Positions 61,301 through 64,000 of a DNA stretch of 64,000 nt are shown here, one piece after another; position 1 is the stretch's first letter, and each line of letters begins with the position of its first letter. Below the pieces are notes generated by a model. That model saw only the letters and a program-made list of their open reading frames with translations. It was not told the origin of the DNA and ran no database searches. The stretch lies in contig CM074809.1 in assembly GCA_037447605.1 (NCBI GenBank), positions 62,001 to 126,000 on the forward strand, written 5' to 3'. This DNA is from Zygnema circumcarinatum SAG 698-1b. Its lineage: Eukaryota > Plantae > Zygnematophyceae. The translations under genes and the position numbers were made by a program.

Positions 61301-61840
61301 TCCCCTCTCCCTTCCCCCCCCTCCCATCCCCATCCCTCCCCATTCCGCTCCTCCTCCCCTTTCCCTTCGTTTCCCCCCCCCCTCCCCAATCCCCCCTCCC
61401 TCTCGCTTCCCCCCTCCTTTCCTTCCCCCTGTCCCCCTCTCTCTCCCTCTCTCTCTCTCACGTTTCGGCTGGCGTGGTGCTGCAGGGGGTCAGTGAGGCC
61501 ATCGTTCCGGAAGGCATGCTGCAAAGCATGACCCAATCGGGTGGCGCTGAGCTGGCACCGGCCATCTCCATCATTGGCGGCCTTCTGGGACAGGTGGCAC
61601 TTCCTCCCAACGCTCCCCTCCCGCCCGCCTCCCTCCCTCCTCCCTCCTTGCAGCAAGGGATAGCCCCTGGCCGCTTGCATCTGCTCATCTTTTATTCCAA
61701 GTCTTCAATTTTTCTTTTCCCTGCTTGTGAAGCAGGAGATTGTCCGATCAGTTTCTGGGAAGGGCCGGCCCGTAAACAATTTCTTCCTCTTCGATAGCGC
61801 CACTCCTGAGGCGCGGATCGCCCGAATTGGGGTTCCTTGA
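58375..61840 (+). CDS. SAE1: SUMO-activating enzyme subunit 1 (E1, AOS1/SAE1)
   Basis: LTEQEAAVYDRQIRIWGADAQRR|LSKASLLVVGLTGAVAE|VCKNVVLAGVGCVTLLD..NFLV..LQDFNPLVQI, VNDICR..FFTVDCRW..FSDLG, ELAPAISIIGGLLGQ|EIVRSVSGKGRPVNNFFLFD. Confidence 0.93.
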
Positions 61841-63967
61841 CACAGAGAGCGGGGCTTCGACTTTTTTTTTTTGTTGCATATGAGCAGCATCAATTTTGAT
61901 CCCGAGATGTTTCCTATATGCAGAACTTGCATTTATGCTTCAACCAATACCAGATAGGCTCAAGGAAATCCTCTCACAAAAAGAAAAACGCAGTAAAGAA
62001 ATAAAATGTGAACATCCGTGTCAGTCCATACAGCCGACCCTTGGAAGGCGCTGATAGAAAAAATGGACAACCAAAGGTGAATCTATGCAAGCAGTTATGG
62101 TCCATTACTGTTGGGACAAGCTGAATGTAAACTATGAACAGTTCGTTTTTTACAAGAATATCAAAAATAAACTTCACTGTCCTCTCCGTACTGCAAAATA
62201 AACGCTTTTTTCCGCAGCTCGTGGACCACCTGCACCAAAAGATTACACACTCCCGAGTAAAGAAAGATCCATCAACCGCACAAAAACTTTTTTAACAATT
62301 TTTTTTTTTTTCATTCCATACTGAAGTTGTGGAAGAGAAGTTCCCCACCTGCATCAGCGCCCCGTCCGGTAAGCTCTCGTTATATACAAAGAATTCTTGA
62401 ACGTGAGAGAGTGCTTCCTGCATGGCTTCCAATTTCTCTTTATTTCTGACCAACTTTTCGACAATCTGTGGCGTTTTGCGGACATGGTCCGGATCAATGT
62501 TGGCGCTGAACGCCCTGCAACACGAGCCTTCACAAGAGCAATCTATGAGTGGATCTGTGGCCTGATCCGGGTGTTCATGTGGGAAAGGGGTTAGAAACCA
62601 GATTCCACTTATAAGTTCGAAAATGGGAGCATGAGCACGTACAAATAGCCTGGGTAAAACCATTGATGATTGATATTCCANNNNNNNNNNCTTCCCCCCT
62701 CCTTTCCTTCCCCCCCTGTCCCCCTCTCTCTCCCTCTCTCTCTCTCACGTTTCGGCTGGCGTGGTGCTGCAGGGGGTCAGTGAGGCCATCGTTCCGGAAG
62801 GCATGCTGCAAAGCATGACCCAATCGGGTGGCGCTGAGCTGGCACCGGCCATCTCCATCATTGGCGGCCTTCTGGGACAGGTGGCACTTCCTCCCAACGC
62901 TCCCCTCCCGCCCGCCTCCCTCCCTCCTCCCTCCTTGCAGCAAGGGATAGCCCCTGGCCGCTTGCATCTGCTCATCTTTTATTCCAAGTCTTCAATTTTT
63001 CTTTTCCCTGCTTGTGAAGCAGGAGATTGTCCGATCAGTTTCTGGGAAGGGCCGGCCCGTAAACAATTTCTTCCTCTTCGATAGCGCCACTCCTGAGGCG
63101 CGGATCGCCCGAATTGGGGTTCCTTGACACAGAGAGCGGGGCTTCGACTTTTTTTTTTTGTTGCATATGAGCAGCATCAATTTTGATCCCGAGATGTTTC
63201 CTATATGCAGAACTTGCATTTATGCTTCAACCAATACCAGATAGGCTCAAGGAAATCCTCTCACAAAAAGAAAAACGCAGTAAAGAAATAAAATGTGAAC
63301 ATCCGTGTCAGTCCATACAGCCGACCCTTGGAAGGCGCTGATAGAAAAAATGGACAACCAAAGGTGAATCTATGCAAGCAGTTATGGTCCATTACTGTTG
63401 GGACAAGCTGAATGTAAACTATGAACAGTTCGTTTTTTACAAGAATATCAAAAATAAACTTCACTGTCCTCTCCGTACTGCAAAATAAACGCTTTTTTCC
63501 GCAGCTCGTGGACCACCTGCACCAAAAGATTACACACTCCCGAGTAAAGAAAGATCCATCAACCGCACAAAAACTTTTTTAACAATTTTTTTTTTTTTCA
63601 TTCCATACTGAAGTTGTGGAAGAGAAGTTCCCCACCTGCATCAGCGCCCCGTCCGGTAAGCTCTCGTTATATACAAAGAATTCTTGAACGTGAGAGAGTG
63701 CTTCCTGCATGGCTTCCAATTTCTCTTTATTTCTGACCAACTTTTCGACAATCTGTGGCGTTTTGCGGACATGGTCCGGATCAATGTTGGCGCTGAACGC
63801 CCTGCAACACGAGCCTTCACAAGAGCAATCTATGAGTGGATCTGTGGCCTGATCCGGGTGTTCATGTGGGAAAGGGGTTAGAAACCAGATTCCACTTATA
63901 AGTTCGAAAATGGGAGCATGAGCACGTACAAATAGCCTGGGTAAAACCATTGATGATTGATATTCCA
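61406..63967. repeat. ~1.27 kb near-identical tandem duplication (61406-62680 vs 62691-63967) across a 10-N gap
   Basis: The copies differ, by eye, only in a C homopolymer length; the junction is exactly the N gap. Confidence 0.95.
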
Positions 63968-64000
63968 TGTTGCATGAAGAAAGAAGTATCCCCGAAGATA
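63448..64000 (-). CDS. 3' exons of a probable exostosin/GT47 glycosyltransferase (partial; duplicated at 62161-62680)
   Basis: RAFSANIDPDHVRKTPQIVEKL..KLEAMQEALSHVQEFFVYNESLPDGALMQ|VVHELRKK..stop resembles the GT47 C-terminus (FSV.I..MQ..L....F.Y...DA....EL). Only a fragment is visible. Confidence 0.5.

Overview
Eukaryotic nuclear DNA with GT-AG introns, GC-rich exons, CT-rich introns and two 10-N scaffold gaps. The gene set is plant-type (Furry/MOR2, cytosolic RPE, UPF0426, At1g29790-like methyltransferase, SAE1) alongside algal-style secreted modular proteins, so it is most consistent with a streptophyte green alga (inference). Eleven intron-rich protein genes were reconstructed by hand from splice sites. 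In order: two tail-to-tail paralogues of an unusual secreted protein (ricin-B lectin - papain C1A - 2x EGF - 4x LysM), a CDPK-like kinase without EF-hands, Furry-like, a small plastid protein, RPE, UPF0426, a DUF2993-like protein, a Golgi SAM methyltransferase, a degenerate PEPCK-like protein, and SAE1. The 3' end of a probable GT47 glycosyltransferase is also present. Intergenic DNA holds several TIR elements with recognisable TSDs, microsatellites and recurrent CCGTAC clusters just upstream of many genes. The strongest candidate for a new system is the lectin/LysM-targeted, apparently propeptide-less papain pair at 1-13.9 kb. The last 1.3 kb duplication across the gap is probably an assembly artefact. 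All domain calls come from motif recognition by eye; no database search was run.
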